NCBI GenBank assembly: GCA_040905565.1
Contig: JBBDRF010000085.1
Coordinates: forward strand, 1 to 64,000
Source of the DNA: Phycisphaeraceae bacterium
Lineage (GTDB): Bacteria; Planctomycetota; Phycisphaerae; Phycisphaerales; Zrk34
DNA length: 64,000 nt
Direction of reading: 5' to 3'
Every line of letters begins with the position of its first letter. Position 1 is the first letter of the stretch. Below are positions 10,549 through 21,299 of this stretch, piece after piece. A program made the translations under genes and the position numbers. Under the pieces are notes generated by a model. It did not search any database and was not told where the DNA came from. It saw only the letters and a program-made list of their open reading frames with translations.

Positions 10549-10590
10549 AAGGCCCGAGATGCTTGAAAACATCTCGGGCCTTCGCTTTTT
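10549..10590. terminator. Probable bidirectional intrinsic terminator
   Basis: aaggcccgagat-N10-atctcgggcctt with flanking A/T tracts between convergent genes. Confidence 0.75.
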
Positions 10591-10606
10591 CAATCGACGG
10601 TCAGTC

Positions 10607-11845
10607 TCAGCCCATGTGTTTGACGACGGCGTCGCCGAACTCGGAGCACTTGAGCAGGGTGGCGTCGTCCATGAGGCGTTCGAAGTCGTAGGTGACGGTC
10701 TTGGCGGCGATGGCGCCTTCCATGCCCTTGAGCACAAGGTCGGCTGCTTCGTCCCATCCCAGGTGACGCAGCATCATCTCGCCAGAGAGGATGACCGACC
10801 CGGGGTTGACCTTGTCCTGGTCGGCGTACTTGGGGGCGGTGCCGTGGGTGGCTTCGAAGATGGCGTGGCCGGAGGTGTAGTTGATGTTGCCGCCGGGCGC
10901 GATGCCGATGCCGCCGACCTGGGCAGCGAGTGCGTCGGAGATGTAGTCGCCGTTGAGGTTCATCGTGGCGACGACGCCGTAGTCCGCGGGACGGGTGAGA
11001 ATCTGCTGGAGGAAGGCGTCGGCGATGACATCCTTGACGATGATCTCTTTGCCGTTGGCGTTGATCTTCGTCCACGGGCCGCCGTCGATGAGTTGCCCGC
11101 CGTACTGCTCAGCGGCCACTTTGTAGCCCCAGTCGCGGAAGCCGCCTTCGGTGTACTTCATGATGTTGCCCTTGTGGACAAGCGTCACGGAGTCGCGGCC
11201 CTGCTCGATGGCGTAATCGATCGCAGCCTTGACCAGGCGTGTGGTGCCCTCTTCGGAGATGGGCTTGATGCCGATGCCGCTGCTGTCGGGGAAGCGGATT
11301 TTTTTGAAGTGGTCGGGGAAGTTTTCCTTGAGGAGGGCTTTGAACTTGGCCGCCTCTTCCGAGCCGTTTTCGAATTCGATGCCGGCGTAGATGTCTTCGC
11401 TGTTCTCGCGGAAGATGACCATGTCGATCTGGTCGGGCTTTTTGACGGGGCTGGGCACGCCGGTGAACCAGCGCACCGGGCGAAGGCAGACGTAAAGATC
11501 GAGGATCTGGCGGAGGGCGACGTTCAGCGAGCGGATGCCGCCGCCGACGGGCGTGGTGAGCGGGCCTTTGATGCCCACGCGGAACTCACGGAACGCGTCG
11601 ATGGTCGCTTCTGGCAGCCACTCGCCGGTCTGCTTGAAGGCCTTCTCGCCGGCCAGCACTTCCATCCACGCGATCTGTTTCTTGCCGCCGTAGGCCTTGG
11701 CGACCGCCCCGTCAAGCACCCGCTGCGAGGCGGACCAGATATCCGGCCCGGTGCCGTCGCCTTCGATGAATGGAATGGTCGGCTGATCGGGCACGTTGAT
11801 CGTCTGCGTCTGGGCGTCGAGCGTGATGGGGCTACCGTGAGCCAT
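10607..11845 (-). CDS. icd: NADP-dependent isocitrate dehydrogenase
   Basis: [55 protein letters not shown]. Confidence 0.97.
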   Translation of the reverse strand: MAHGSPITLDAQTQTINVPDQPTIPFIEGDGTGPDIWSASQRVLDGAVAKAYGGKKQIAWMEVLAGEKAFKQTGEWLPEATIDAFREFRVGIKGPLTTPVGGGIRSLNVALRQILDLYVCLRPVRWFTGVPSPVKKPDQIDMVIFRENSEDIYAGIEFENGSEEAAKFKALLKENFPDHFKKIRFPDSSGIGIKPISEEGTTRLVKAAIDYAIEQGRDSVTLVHKGNIMKYTEGGFRDWGYKVAAEQYGGQLIDGGPWTKINANGKEIIVKDVIADAFLQQILTRPADYGVVATMNLNGDYISDALAAQVGGIGIAPGGNINYTSGHAIFEATHGTAPKYADQDKVNPGSVILSGEMMLRHLGWDEAADLVLKGMEGAIAAKTVTYDFERLMDDATLLKCSEFGDAVVKHMG

Positions 11846-11960
11846 GGCTGTCGTCTCCGTCTAACTGGCTTGACATGATTGGGAAAGATTCGCCAGAATA
11901 GCGGACGCCCGCACCGGACGCAAAAACAGGTGGGTTGCGATTTGTCTCAATCGGGACGTT

Positions 11961-12233
11961 CTACCGGCGGACCTCGAAATCCGCATGGGCGGGCTGCTGG
12001 ATTTTCTCGGTCGTGACCTCAGCTTCATCAATGTAGTCACGCATCCGGTCGGCGATGTCTCCGAGCAGATTGTTTACCTCGGCGGGGTCCCCCTCAGCGA
12101 CCATCTCCACCCGGCCGTCCCGGAGGTTCCGGACGTAACCACTCACCTCATGCTGCATCGCCACCCGACTCGCGGTGAAACGGAACCCCACACCCTGCAC
12201 CCGGCCCCGATAAAACACCGTCTTGCGTATCAT
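11961..12233 (-). CDS. acyP: Acylphosphatase
   Basis: GRVQGVGFR and GYVRNLRDGRVE. Confidence 0.93.
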   Translation of the reverse strand: MIRKTVFYRGRVQGVGFRFTASRVAMQHEVSGYVRNLRDGRVEMVAEGDPAEVNNLLGDIADRMRDYIDEAEVTTEKIQQPAHADFEVRR

Positions 12234-12268
12234 CTCTAGCTTCCAGCCCCTCGTTGACGCGATCTCGT

Positions 12269-13252
12269 TCACTCAACCAGCTCAATGCGAAGCTCTGCGT
12301 CGTCGGCGTTTTTCTGCGGTTGCAGATCACGGCGTACGCCGCCCTCGTCTCGAGGTCGCGCCACCACGGCCAGATCAGGCCCAGCATCGTCGGGCGCCAG
12401 CCGGGGCAGACGAACCCGCTCGAGCTTGATGGGCACGCGAACCTCGCGCAGGTCCGAAAGCACATCCAGCGCCAGCGCGCCGTCGTCGGGCACCCTTACG
12501 TGGTAGAAGAACTCGGCCCGGTTGCCGCCGGTTGACGAGCCTCGCCCTGATGTGTTCACAAGTCGACCGGCATCATCGTAAACCCGCACTTCCGCAAGGC
12601 GCTCGGCAAGCTCGGCGGGTCCGGAAACCTTCAGGCGATCGCCTTCCTGCATCACCTCGACGACCAACGGCTTGCCCGCCCCTTCGATGCGCACCTTCTT
12701 GCCGTCGAACTTTGAAAACGGTTTGAGAATGGCTTCGCGATCGAGCTCGGGAAAGCGGATGGTGATGTGCCCTTCCACGTCCATTGATCGATCGACGGTG
12801 GGCACGAATCTCAGGCCCACGTGCTGCGTCAGGCGATCGTGGTTGCCCGGGGCGACGTGGCCGAAAGGCTGATGCATGTTCGGCACGTTTTGAGCTGCGA
12901 GCGCGATCTCGCGGCCGTGGTTGGTCTTGCCGGTCAGGTCGACGCTGAAGAGGTTCAGCTTCGCGTCGCCGTCATAGGTGATCGAAATGGTGAGATGCGC
13001 ATCCTGCGACTCGGTGGGTTCCTGACCGTCACCGTGAAACTGCATGTTACTGGAGTACCGGATCGACTGCGGGCGGATATCCAGCTGCCATGCTTCGATC
13101 AGCTGCTCATCAGTCTTCCGGTCGGCTTCCTCCTGGGGCGCCTCGGCGGCGGGCTCAGCGTCCGGGACAACCGGTGGCTCCGGGACATCGTCGGCAAAAC
13201 TGATCGCCCCCATCATTGCCACCATCAGCACGATCAGCCAAGGCATACGCAT
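12269..13252 (-). CDS. Hypothetical secreted protein
   Basis: 327-aa ORF with N-terminal signal peptide; no family recognised. Confidence 0.7.
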   Translation of the reverse strand: MRMPWLIVLMVAMMGAISFADDVPEPPVVPDAEPAAEAPQEEADRKTDEQLIEAWQLDIRPQSIRYSSNMQFHGDGQEPTESQDAHLTISITYDGDAKLNLFSVDLTGKTNHGREIALAAQNVPNMHQPFGHVAPGNHDRLTQHVGLRFVPTVDRSMDVEGHITIRFPELDREAILKPFSKFDGKKVRIEGAGKPLVVEVMQEGDRLKVSGPAELAERLAEVRVYDDAGRLVNTSGRGSSTGGNRAEFFYHVRVPDDGALALDVLSDLREVRVPIKLERVRLPRLAPDDAGPDLAVVARPRDEGGVRRDLQPQKNADDAELRIELVE

Positions 13253-13298
13253 GAGATCACCCTTCGCTCAGTTGCGCTCGTGAATGTGAGAACCGGCC

Positions 13299-14273
13299 TT
13301 AGACATCGTAGCGAAACGCGTTCCTCAGGAGGGCAAGACTTTGCGGGATCGCAACCTCGGCATCGGCCTGACCTTCGAATTCCAGCGAGATGTAGCCGCG
13401 ATAATCGACGTCGTGCAGGATCTTTGCGATGCGGTCGTAGTCGAGGTTCAGGGTGTACCACGTGCCGCCGCCGTAGTACGTTTTCGCCTGCACAAAGCAG
13501 ACGCGCGGCGCGACGGCTGCGATCTGGTCGTAAGGATCTTCCAGGAAGTTGCCGGTATCGACCAGAACCTGCACCCAGGGCGTGTCGTCGAAATCCTTGA
13601 CGATCCGGTTCAGCCCTTCAGCGGTGCGCGCCAGACCCCAATGGTTTTCGACGCCGAGCGTGACACCGTTCTTCTCAGCGACGGGGAGCAATTCCTCCAG
13701 CGATTCACGCACCCAGCCAAAACCGTCTTCGTCGTTGTAGCCTTCGATGGGAGGCTCGATGCCGCGGTTGGCCATCAGGGCGTTGAAGTTTTCGCTGGTG
13801 TTCCATCGGCCGGTGGACACGCGGATGATCGGCATGCCCATGGCGTTGGCCAGTTCGATGTAATGCTTCGTGTTCTCCACCTGCTGCTTACGCTCGGCGG
13901 GGTCGGGGCGGAGAAAATCCTGATGCGTCGAAAGCGAAACCAACGGCATGCCCGCATGGAAGGCCCGACGCTTGAGCGCCTGCAGCGTGGCGTTGTCCTC
14001 AGCATCCATCTGCCGATGCAACACCTCGACGGCATCGAAGCCCGAGGCCGCAGCCAGATCGATGCACTCCCCGATGCCCAGCCGTTGATCCGCCCGATAC
14101 CGCCAATACGAATAGGTCGACACGCAGATCGGATTCGAAGCCCGATGCCCCGACCGCTTCTCCACCGTATGCGGTTCCGCCTCCGCCGCTCCAACCCGCC
14201 GACCGGCATGACCCAACGTCGCAGCACCAAGAGCAGCAGCAGCAACACGACTGTTAAAAGACCGACGGTCCAT
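13299..14273 (-). CDS. Tat-exported sugar phosphate isomerase/epimerase (xylose isomerase-like TIM barrel)
   Basis: DRRSF Tat motif, GVENHWG, LVDTGNF, YRGYISLEFEG. Confidence 0.88.
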   Translation of the reverse strand: MDRRSFNSRVAAAALGAATLGHAGRRVGAAEAEPHTVEKRSGHRASNPICVSTYSYWRYRADQRLGIGECIDLAAASGFDAVEVLHRQMDAEDNATLQALKRRAFHAGMPLVSLSTHQDFLRPDPAERKQQVENTKHYIELANAMGMPIIRVSTGRWNTSENFNALMANRGIEPPIEGYNDEDGFGWVRESLEELLPVAEKNGVTLGVENHWGLARTAEGLNRIVKDFDDTPWVQVLVDTGNFLEDPYDQIAAVAPRVCFVQAKTYYGGGTWYTLNLDYDRIAKILHDVDYRGYISLEFEGQADAEVAIPQSLALLRNAFRYDV

Positions 14274-14374
14274 GGCAATATCCTCGTTAAGACGGGCGGA
14301 GTTGACCTCCGTCGATCATAACGCTTTCGCTCAGCGTGTTAAGCCCTTGAACCTGAAAAACTATAGCGAAGCAT

Positions 14375-14414
14375 AGAAAAACAAGCGGCTCGCCGATCAA
14401 AGCGAGCCGCTTGT
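14375..14414 (-). terminator. Intrinsic terminator of rnpB
   Basis: acaagcggctcgc/gcgagccgcttgt stem followed by a T tract on the minus strand. Confidence 0.75.
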
Positions 14415-14415
14415 G

Positions 14416-14838
14416 TGTGCGTGGGCTATAAGCCGAATTTTGTACCCGTTGATTCGGGGCATCGCCGAAGCGACGCCCCATATCGGGTGGCGACCATTTC
14501 TCCAGGCCTGCCGTTGCCGACAAGCTCAAGCAGCCTACCCGCGGCTGATAACGAGCCGGACCAGCTCTCGCCGCTTACTTGGCCTTGCACGCGGTGGGGT
14601 TTACCGTGCCCGCACTGTCACCAGCGCGGCGGTGCGCTCTTACCGCACCTTTTCACCCTTGCCTGTGCTCCCGAAGGAGCCATCGGCGGTTTGATCTCTG
14701 TGGCACTTTCCCTGAACGCTGCGTCAACCGAAGCCGACGCGAGCGCCCGGTGGGCGTTACCCACCACCGTGTCCTGTCGTGTTCGGACTTTCCTCCGATC
14801 ACGCCGAAGCGTCACCGGCGGCCGCCCACCCACGCACG
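14416..14838 (-). ncRNA. rnpB: RNase P RNA (bacterial type A)
   Basis: Minus strand has GAGGAAAGTCCGAAC near the 5' end, GGTAAGAGCGCACC and GGTAAACCCC internally, ACAAAATTCGGCTTAT near the 3' end; ends pair as P1; ends approximate. Confidence 0.96.
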
Positions 14839-14951
14839 CTAACTATTGTACGTCATCGAACGGCCAAGCGTTCCCCGGAGCGCACGGCGTGAGGTCGTGG
14901 ACCGCCCGCCGCTGTGGACGCCGTCGCAGCCCGGGGGTACGCTCTCGCCCT

Positions 14952-15923
14952 ATGTCCGCACAGGCGAAACAGCACGAAGTGGTGATCTGGGCCGAGGCTT
15001 CAAGCGTCGAACTGACGCGCACGCTGATGGGCCGAATGTCCGAAATGCACGCCACGGCAGTCGGAGGCCATCGACGTACGGGCCTGGCCGATCTCGCCGA
15101 AGCGGTCGATGCCCCCGTCGTGGACGATCTCCGCCGAATCCTCATCGAGCGGCCGCCGGCCTACCTGCTCCTGGCCAGCGCAACCGGTGTAACTGTCGAC
15201 GAACTACGGCAGGCCCGGCAGGCAGGGACGACCGTCCTTGCGCTGGAGCCGACGCTCGGCAGTGAACAGACACATGACGACATCGCCAACGATCCGCACA
15301 GTCCGCCCCCGCCGATCCTCGGCTGGTGGTGGCGACAAAGTCCCGCCTGGCTTGCGGCGGCCGATCCGCAGCAGGCGGTGGGCTCGGTGCGCGGGGCGAA
15401 CGTCGTCACCCTCGCCCCGGCCTACACGGCTTCGCTTCTGGCACGACTGATCGACGCCTTCGATATGCTCGTGGCGCTCATGGGCGTTCCTGAATCGATC
15501 GACGCCAGCCTCAGCGGTGTGCTCAGCGAACCGCCGGAAGAACTTCGTGGCCTCACCGGGCACCTCACCGCTCACCTGCGTTTCGCCGATGGCGCGAGCG
15601 CCTCGCTGCTTGCTTCGGATCGCGCTGCGAACTGGCAACGCCGACTTACCGCACTCGGCTCCGAAGCGCAGCTCGAACTCGGCGACATCGCCTATCGTCT
15701 CCACGAACGCGACGGCAAACTCATTGATTCACTTGAACATCTCGACCAGCCCCTCGACGCGGTCGACCTGCTCGTCCAGCAGTGGCGCCGCATCATTTCG
15801 GGCGGCGTAATCCCGAGGCATCAGGACCAACGCACGCTGATCGCCTGTTGTCAGGCTGCCCTGCTCAGTTGCCGAACCGGCCAACTCGAATCGCCGAACA
15901 CGCTCCTGCGCCTCGGCGGATAA
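14952..15923 (+). CDS. Divergent Gfo/Idh/MocA-like oxidoreductase-fold protein
   Basis: ATG at 14952 (upstream ORF part is antisense to rnpB); AHLRFADGASASL and LTALGSEAQL resemble the Gfo C-terminal sheet. Confidence 0.6.
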   Translation: MSAQAKQHEVVIWAEASSVELTRTLMGRMSEMHATAVGGHRRTGLADLAEAVDAPVVDDLRRILIERPPAYLLLASATGVTVDELRQARQAGTTVLALEPTLGSEQTHDDIANDPHSPPPPILGWWWRQSPAWLAAADPQQAVGSVRGANVVTLAPAYTASLLARLIDAFDMLVALMGVPESIDASLSGVLSEPPEELRGLTGHLTAHLRFADGASASLLASDRAANWQRRLTALGSEAQLELGDIAYRLHERDGKLIDSLEHLDQPLDAVDLLVQQWRRIISGGVIPRHQDQRTLIACCQAALLSCRTGQLESPNTLLRLGG

Positions 15924-15945
15924 CGCCCCCCCCACCGCCCTTCTC

Positions 15946-18258
15946 TTACGCTGCGCGACGGGTTGGCTGGAGCTGCTCCCGAAGCGCGGCAAGGTGCTCG
16001 TTCGCCTCCGCAAGACGCGCTTCGGTGAGGTTCCGGCCTCCGAAACGAATCTCGTAGAACAGATCGGTCAACGCGACGAACGCTTGGAAACGCGGCGGGG
16101 AATCGTCCGCCAATTCCTGCGCGAAACGGCGAGGCGTCTGCCAGTCGGGCCTGAAGTATCCCTCATGCTCGACCAGTTCAACGGCATCGATATAAAACGC
16201 CAGCTGTTGCGCCAGCCGTCGCTGTTCCTGACGATCGAACGCAGCGATCCCAAACCGCCGCATGAACCGTCGTCTGGAATACCTGCCCACGAAGGCGAAG
16301 ATCAGCAGCACCGCTGCGCCCGCGACAAACAGCCCGACCACGTAGGCCGCCGGTCCCAGAACGTTCTTATGAAATTCGCGGGCGGTTTCGCGGATGCCAT
16401 CGATGTACTCACGCAGCCGACCGGTGAACCCACCCACGCCCTGATTAAGACTGGTGATTACCGTACGCTGTTGCGTTGAGTCGTAGGAGATGATGCGGTT
16501 AATCCACTGAAATTCGACGTAATCGTAGATGTCGCGCAGCGCGGCGACCAGGCCTGTATCGGCCTCATGAACCTCCGCCAGATCGCCCTGAGGCGACGGG
16601 TCGTACGTGCGCCAGCCCTCGTCATCCAGCCACACCTCCACCCACGCATGTGCGTTCCGCGCCCGCACCACGTAGTACCCCCCCACGGCGTTGTATTCGG
16701 TCGCGCGGTAGCCGGTCACGACTCGGCTGCGAATCCCTGCTGACCGCAGCATCGCACATAAGGCCGACGCGAAAAACTCACAGTGTCCGCGCTGATACTC
16801 GAACAGAAACGCGTCGATTGGATCCTCATGCTGCTGGACCGGCGGGACATCGAGCGTGTAGCTGAGGTTCGTCTGGAGGTGCCGCGAGATCTTGTCCGCG
16901 ATCGCACGATCATGCGGCGTCGACTGCGCCTGCGGGTCCCGTGTGCTTCCCGTCTCCGCGATTAACTCCTGCGTGAAATTCTTGACGCGATCACTCACCA
17001 CCACCGGCGTCCGCGCGAAATCCTTCCACTGTACCGTTTCGTCATCCCAGCGCCCCCGCCGACCGCGCCAGCGGTGCATGCCGATCCACATGCGCCGATA
17101 GCTTGCAGCTGCCGCTTCGCTGGGCATGTCCACCGAATGAGCCACGTACTGCACGGTTCCGTCGTCACCATCGCGCAGGCCCAGGGATTGGTCGGCCATG
17201 TTGAAGCGGATCGCCTCATCAATCTCGATGCCGATCGGCGTGAACGCTGCGAACAGCGCGTCCTTCGGCTGAGCGCGCATCGTCACAAGCTGTGTCAGCA
17301 TGAAACGCTCATCATGCTCGAAGCGCGCAAGTTCGATTACGTCACCGGCACCATGACGGTCACGCATCCGGAAATCCGACTGTTCCATCTGTCGGCTGCG
17401 TACCCACCGGCCCGCTTCGCTTTCGTACTGATCCAGTGCTGTCCCGCGAAGCAGGAACGCTTGGCCGCTCGAGCCGATCGCACGCCCGCTGCGGCTGAAC
17501 GCCACGTTCATCACCGGGAGATGACTGCTGGTCATGCGGCCGCCTCCGGTGAGATTGATCTCGTCGTTGTAACCGCTCACGCTGCGTTGCCCCGTGCGTG
17601 GCCATTGCCCGAACAGCCCTGTGCCGTGGCCGCGTGGCATGAACAGGAAAAACAGTGCCGAAAGCGCCAGCACAGCGATCCCCGCCGTCACCGCAAGACC
17701 GTTGAAATGACGCCGATACCCACTCGTCACCGGCATCCCCGCTGCCAGGTCCGAATGGCCCGCCGGCGCTTGCCGACGCTGCGCACGCTGAACCTCGTCA
17801 TGCCCCAGCCTCAGCTGGAAGATCAGCACCGCGAACAGCGCCACGGAAATGTAGGCCACCAGCAGCAAACCGAAGAGGATGTCCGCACTGACGATCGAGG
17901 CACACACCATCAGCATGAGGCTCAGAACGATCAACTGCCCCCAGTCGCGGTTGGTCTTTCGATCGAAAAGCTTGAACAGCTGAATGAAGAGAATGAACTG
18001 GCCCAGGCCCAGAATCAACGGCCGATCGAAGACGAAATGCTGATAGATCAGCCAGAGCATCACGGCGACCACGCCGATGTTGATCAGCCAACGTGGCAGC
18101 GGACGCCCGGCTTCGCCCTCGACCAGATACCACGCGAGCACCCCGACCGACGTGGCGAAAATCAGCAGCGTGAAGTTCCCCGACGCCACGCCGTAGGCCA
18201 TCATCCCCAGGATCACCTGCGTCACGATCAACTTGCGACTCGTGTCCAACATCTTCAT
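15946..18258 (-). CDS. Membrane transglutaminase-like protein (DUF3488/TgpA type)
   Basis: N-terminal TM helices; catalytic triad GHCEFFASA, AHAWVEV, TYDPSP. Confidence 0.9.
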   Translation of the reverse strand: MKMLDTSRKLIVTQVILGMMAYGVASGNFTLLIFATSVGVLAWYLVEGEAGRPLPRWLINIGVVAVMLWLIYQHFVFDRPLILGLGQFILFIQLFKLFDRKTNRDWGQLIVLSLMLMVCASIVSADILFGLLLVAYISVALFAVLIFQLRLGHDEVQRAQRRQAPAGHSDLAAGMPVTSGYRRHFNGLAVTAGIAVLALSALFFLFMPRGHGTGLFGQWPRTGQRSVSGYNDEINLTGGGRMTSSHLPVMNVAFSRSGRAIGSSGQAFLLRGTALDQYESEAGRWVRSRQMEQSDFRMRDRHGAGDVIELARFEHDERFMLTQLVTMRAQPKDALFAAFTPIGIEIDEAIRFNMADQSLGLRDGDDGTVQYVAHSVDMPSEAAAASYRRMWIGMHRWRGRRGRWDDETVQWKDFARTPVVVSDRVKNFTQELIAETGSTRDPQAQSTPHDRAIADKISRHLQTNLSYTLDVPPVQQHEDPIDAFLFEYQRGHCEFFASALCAMLRSAGIRSRVVTGYRATEYNAVGGYYVVRARNAHAWVEVWLDDEGWRTYDPSPQGDLAEVHEADTGLVAALRDIYDYVEFQWINRIISYDSTQQRTVITSLNQGVGGFTGRLREYIDGIRETAREFHKNVLGPAAYVVGLFVAGAAVLLIFAFVGRYSRRRFMRRFGIAAFDRQEQRRLAQQLAFYIDAVELVEHEGYFRPDWQTPRRFAQELADDSPPRFQAFVALTDLFYEIRFGGRNLTEARLAEANEHLAALREQLQPTRRAA

Positions 18259-19445
18259 GACGCACCCGCCTTCTCCGGCTCTGCGCCAGGTCCCTCAGCA
18301 TCGTCAACCACCGGCACCATCGGCGCGTTCGGCTGAAGCACGCCGACCACCGATCCCCCCGATAGCCGATACTCGGCCAACTGATGCGCGGTCAGGTGTC
18401 GGCCGGCGCCGGGTACGAGCGCGTTGTCCACGGCCCCGGCATGAATCACGATCCATCGCGCATCGCGCACCATCGGCAGCCCCGCCGCCACAACCGTCGG
18501 CTCGCCCAGTCGCAATTCGCCCAGCGCCTGAAGCATCCGCAGCTGATGCCAGCGGGCACGCTGAGGCAGGAACTTTGGACAGCGTGCCCCCACCACGGCG
18601 AGCCCAACCTCTTCGCCCAGCCGATACGCTTCATTGGCGATAGAAGCGGCGAAACTGATCGCTTCCTCCGCCTTTTCATCCTCCGCAGCGCTGTTGCGAA
18701 CATCGAGCACCACCATCAGCCGCGGCGGCGAAAGTTTGCTCATCTCGCGACTCACCAGCCGCCCCGTCCGCGCCGAGTGCCGCCAGTGGATCGACCGCAG
18801 ACTGTCGCCCGGCCGATACTCACGCAGCCCGAAGAACTCGTCGCCTCCGTCCGCTTCCTGCGTCATGCTGTTGCCGTCGGGGTCATGCGAACGCAGGCGC
18901 GTAAAAAGACTGCGATCCAGGCGATGCAATCTGGGAAAGATGAACGTGCTTGCTGGTTGGTTGAAGATGACGCTTTTGCGGAGGATGCCGAACGGGAACG
19001 TGGTGCTGACGCGGATGCGTTTGAATCGCACTTCGCCGCGGCGCGTCGGCCAGCCGAGGCCGTCCGCTCGCCCCGTCGCTCCCGGCCCCACGTGCAGGCA
19101 GTAACTCTGCGCACGACCGCTCAATCGTTCCGCCCCGTCAAGCTCTTCCACCCGCAATGAGAAGCAGGGCAGGAAGCGTTTGCTGTTCACGATCTCGTAT
19201 TGCAGATTCATCGGCAGGTCGACGCTTCCCTGCTCGGGACGCAGCCGCCGTACGTGAAGATTGAGCATCATGAAGCCGCTGATCGCCCCGGAGACGACCA
19301 TGCCCGCAAGCATCAGTCCGAACGTCCAGAACAGCAGATTCGCCTGGCTGTTGAGGGCGGCTAAGCCGATGAAAATCGCGACGACGATGTAAATCGCACC
19401 GCCCAGCCGCATCTGATACTGGCGTTTAACAGGTAAGCCGATCAT
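18255..19445 (-). CDS. DUF58 domain protein
   Basis: [30 protein letters not shown]. Confidence 0.92.
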   Translation of the reverse strand: MIGLPVKRQYQMRLGGAIYIVVAIFIGLAALNSQANLLFWTFGLMLAGMVVSGAISGFMMLNLHVRRLRPEQGSVDLPMNLQYEIVNSKRFLPCFSLRVEELDGAERLSGRAQSYCLHVGPGATGRADGLGWPTRRGEVRFKRIRVSTTFPFGILRKSVIFNQPASTFIFPRLHRLDRSLFTRLRSHDPDGNSMTQEADGGDEFFGLREYRPGDSLRSIHWRHSARTGRLVSREMSKLSPPRLMVVLDVRNSAAEDEKAEEAISFAASIANEAYRLGEEVGLAVVGARCPKFLPQRARWHQLRMLQALGELRLGEPTVVAAGLPMVRDARWIVIHAGAVDNALVPGAGRHLTAHQLAEYRLSGGSVVGVLQPNAPMVPVVDDAEGPGAEPEKAGAS

Positions 19446-19524
19446 GCACGACCATTGTACCCGCCATGTCCTTGCAACCGTCGATTAATAAGCGGTTTTT
19501 TCCAGCCCCATATCCGCGACACGA

Positions 19525-20406
19525 TCAAAGGCGCGGGAAGACGAAGTCGATTTCGCCGACCTTGGGGATGAGGCCCGCAGCCGAGGCTTCGTTCATCAAC
19601 TGCTGGACGGCCTGGCGGCCGACTTCGCCGTAGTCCATCGTCCACTGGTTGACGTACATGCCGACAAATTCGTCGGCGAGTTCCGTGCCCATGTCGCGCG
19701 CGTAATTCATGGCGTAGTCGATCGCCTCGGCGCGATGCTCGAGGGCGTACTCGATGGAGCGGTACAGAATGGTGCAGATCTCTTCGTAGTCATCGGCGAG
19801 ATCGCGGCGAATCGCGTTACCGCCCAGGGGCAACGGCAGGCCCCGCGTGCTGCCCCACCACTGACCGAGATCGACGACCTTCTCAAGCCCAGCGTTGCCG
19901 TAGGTGAGCTGCCCCTCGTGGATGATCAGCCCAGCGTCGAACTCGCCGGAGACGACGCGCTCGATGATCTCGTCGAACGGCACGACCTTGTAGTTGAACG
20001 TTTCCACGCCCACGCTCTTCATCAACAGCGACATTGTCAGAAACGCCGTCGTCCGCTCGCCCGGCACCGCCAGCGTGATGTCGCGCAGGTCTTCAACGGC
20101 GTACGCCTTTTTCGCCACAACCATGGGGCCGTAGCCGTCGCCCATGCTCGAGCCGCAACTGGTCAGGGCATAGCGATCGGCGACATATGGGTACTGATGG
20201 ATTGACAGTGCCGTGATCTCAAGCTCGCCCCGCGCCGACCGCTGATTGAGCGACTCGATGTCCTCAAGCACATGCTCGAAACGGAATCGTCCGGTGTCGA
20301 TCTTCGGCCCATTGCCGTCGAGATCCGCCAACGGATACCACATGAAGGCGTCGTCGGGGTCAGGTGAATGGCCGATTCGAATCGTCTGTGTCTTGGTGGC
20401 GCTCAT
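19525..20406 (-). CDS. mqnD: 1,4-dihydroxy-6-naphthoate synthase (futalosine menaquinone pathway)
   Basis: GHSPDPDDAFM, GDGYGP, LIIHEGQLTY, LPLPLGGN, MYVN. Confidence 0.9.
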   Translation of the reverse strand: MSATKTQTIRIGHSPDPDDAFMWYPLADLDGNGPKIDTGRFRFEHVLEDIESLNQRSARGELEITALSIHQYPYVADRYALTSCGSSMGDGYGPMVVAKKAYAVEDLRDITLAVPGERTTAFLTMSLLMKSVGVETFNYKVVPFDEIIERVVSGEFDAGLIIHEGQLTYGNAGLEKVVDLGQWWGSTRGLPLPLGGNAIRRDLADDYEEICTILYRSIEYALEHRAEAIDYAMNYARDMGTELADEFVGMYVNQWTMDYGEVGRQAVQQLMNEASAAGLIPKVGEIDFVFPRL

Positions 20407-20446
20407 GCTTTGGTTGCTCAGTCAGAAGTTAACGGCCGTTGGAGGC

Positions 20447-21205
20447 TTAGTTCGCCTCGGCCTGCGGTGGGTAAATGGGTTCAATTTCAATCGATCGCCT
20501 GATGATCTCCGCGATCAGGCGACGCTCCAATGCGTGGTCCCGACCCAGCAACCGCCAACGGCTCTCGATCAGCCCCTCTTCGGTGACGATCGGCTCCTGA
20601 AGTTGAGGACGGCGGCGCAACTGCACCCCCGCAAAAACCTCACTGTTCAGCACGCGAGGCGGATGCTGACGACGCTCCACGAACACCTGCACAAACAGGT
20701 CGTAAACGCCGTCCCCACCGTTCAAACCTTCGCCTGGAACGGTGGTCGCTTCATCGCCCGCCCCGTCGGCTGCGGCATCGAGCGTTCCGGCCGGGGCGAG
20801 CTGCACCCGGACCCGCCGACGCTGATGGTTCAGCGTATTCTCCAGCACCTGTTTCGCGGTCGTGTTGTCATCATGCCAGGGTTCGAAAACCGAAGCAGCG
20901 ATCAACGGCCCCGTCGTCACGACGCCGAACCGGCGATCCTGGCGATCAACCTCGAACCGGTAATCCCGCAGCGTTCGGACGGTGGCATCGAACACCGCGT
21001 GATACTCGTCCTCGCCGATCTCCAGCGGATTCTCCGCCTGCACCGTGCGCGTGCAGCCGGCCGCCGTCACGCCGACGCATAGCATCGCCGTACAAAGCAG
21101 GAATCGTCGGATGTGCCACATGCGGAGGGTCATAGGCCCATAGTCTAACGCCGCGCCGTCCGGGCCACCACCTCGCCCCATTGGCGATGAGCGGGTTGGG
21201 GACAA
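20447..21205 (-). CDS. Hypothetical lipoprotein
   Basis: Lipobox-like TAAGC; FEVDRQDRRFGVVTT; true start probably downstream of 21205. Confidence 0.7.
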   Translation of the reverse strand: MSPTRSSPMGRGGGPDGAALDYGPMTLRMWHIRRFLLCTAMLCVGVTAAGCTRTVQAENPLEIGEDEYHAVFDATVRTLRDYRFEVDRQDRRFGVVTTGPLIAASVFEPWHDDNTTAKQVLENTLNHQRRRVRVQLAPAGTLDAAADGAGDEATTVPGEGLNGGDGVYDLFVQVFVERRQHPPRVLNSEVFAGVQLRRRPQLQEPIVTEEGLIESRWRLLGRDHALERRLIAEIIRRSIEIEPIYPPQAEAN

Positions 21206-21299
21206 CCTCGCTCCACCTTGGGGCGTTTACCCGGATCGTTAACCGCTGGTGATGACTAACGTGCCGTAGCGACAGGTTCGCCGCGAAGGGGGAAGGGCT

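Noticed and set aside
14415..14951. N-terminal extension of the 502-aa ORF
   Set aside because: It is antisense to RNase P RNA; the real start is likely 14952
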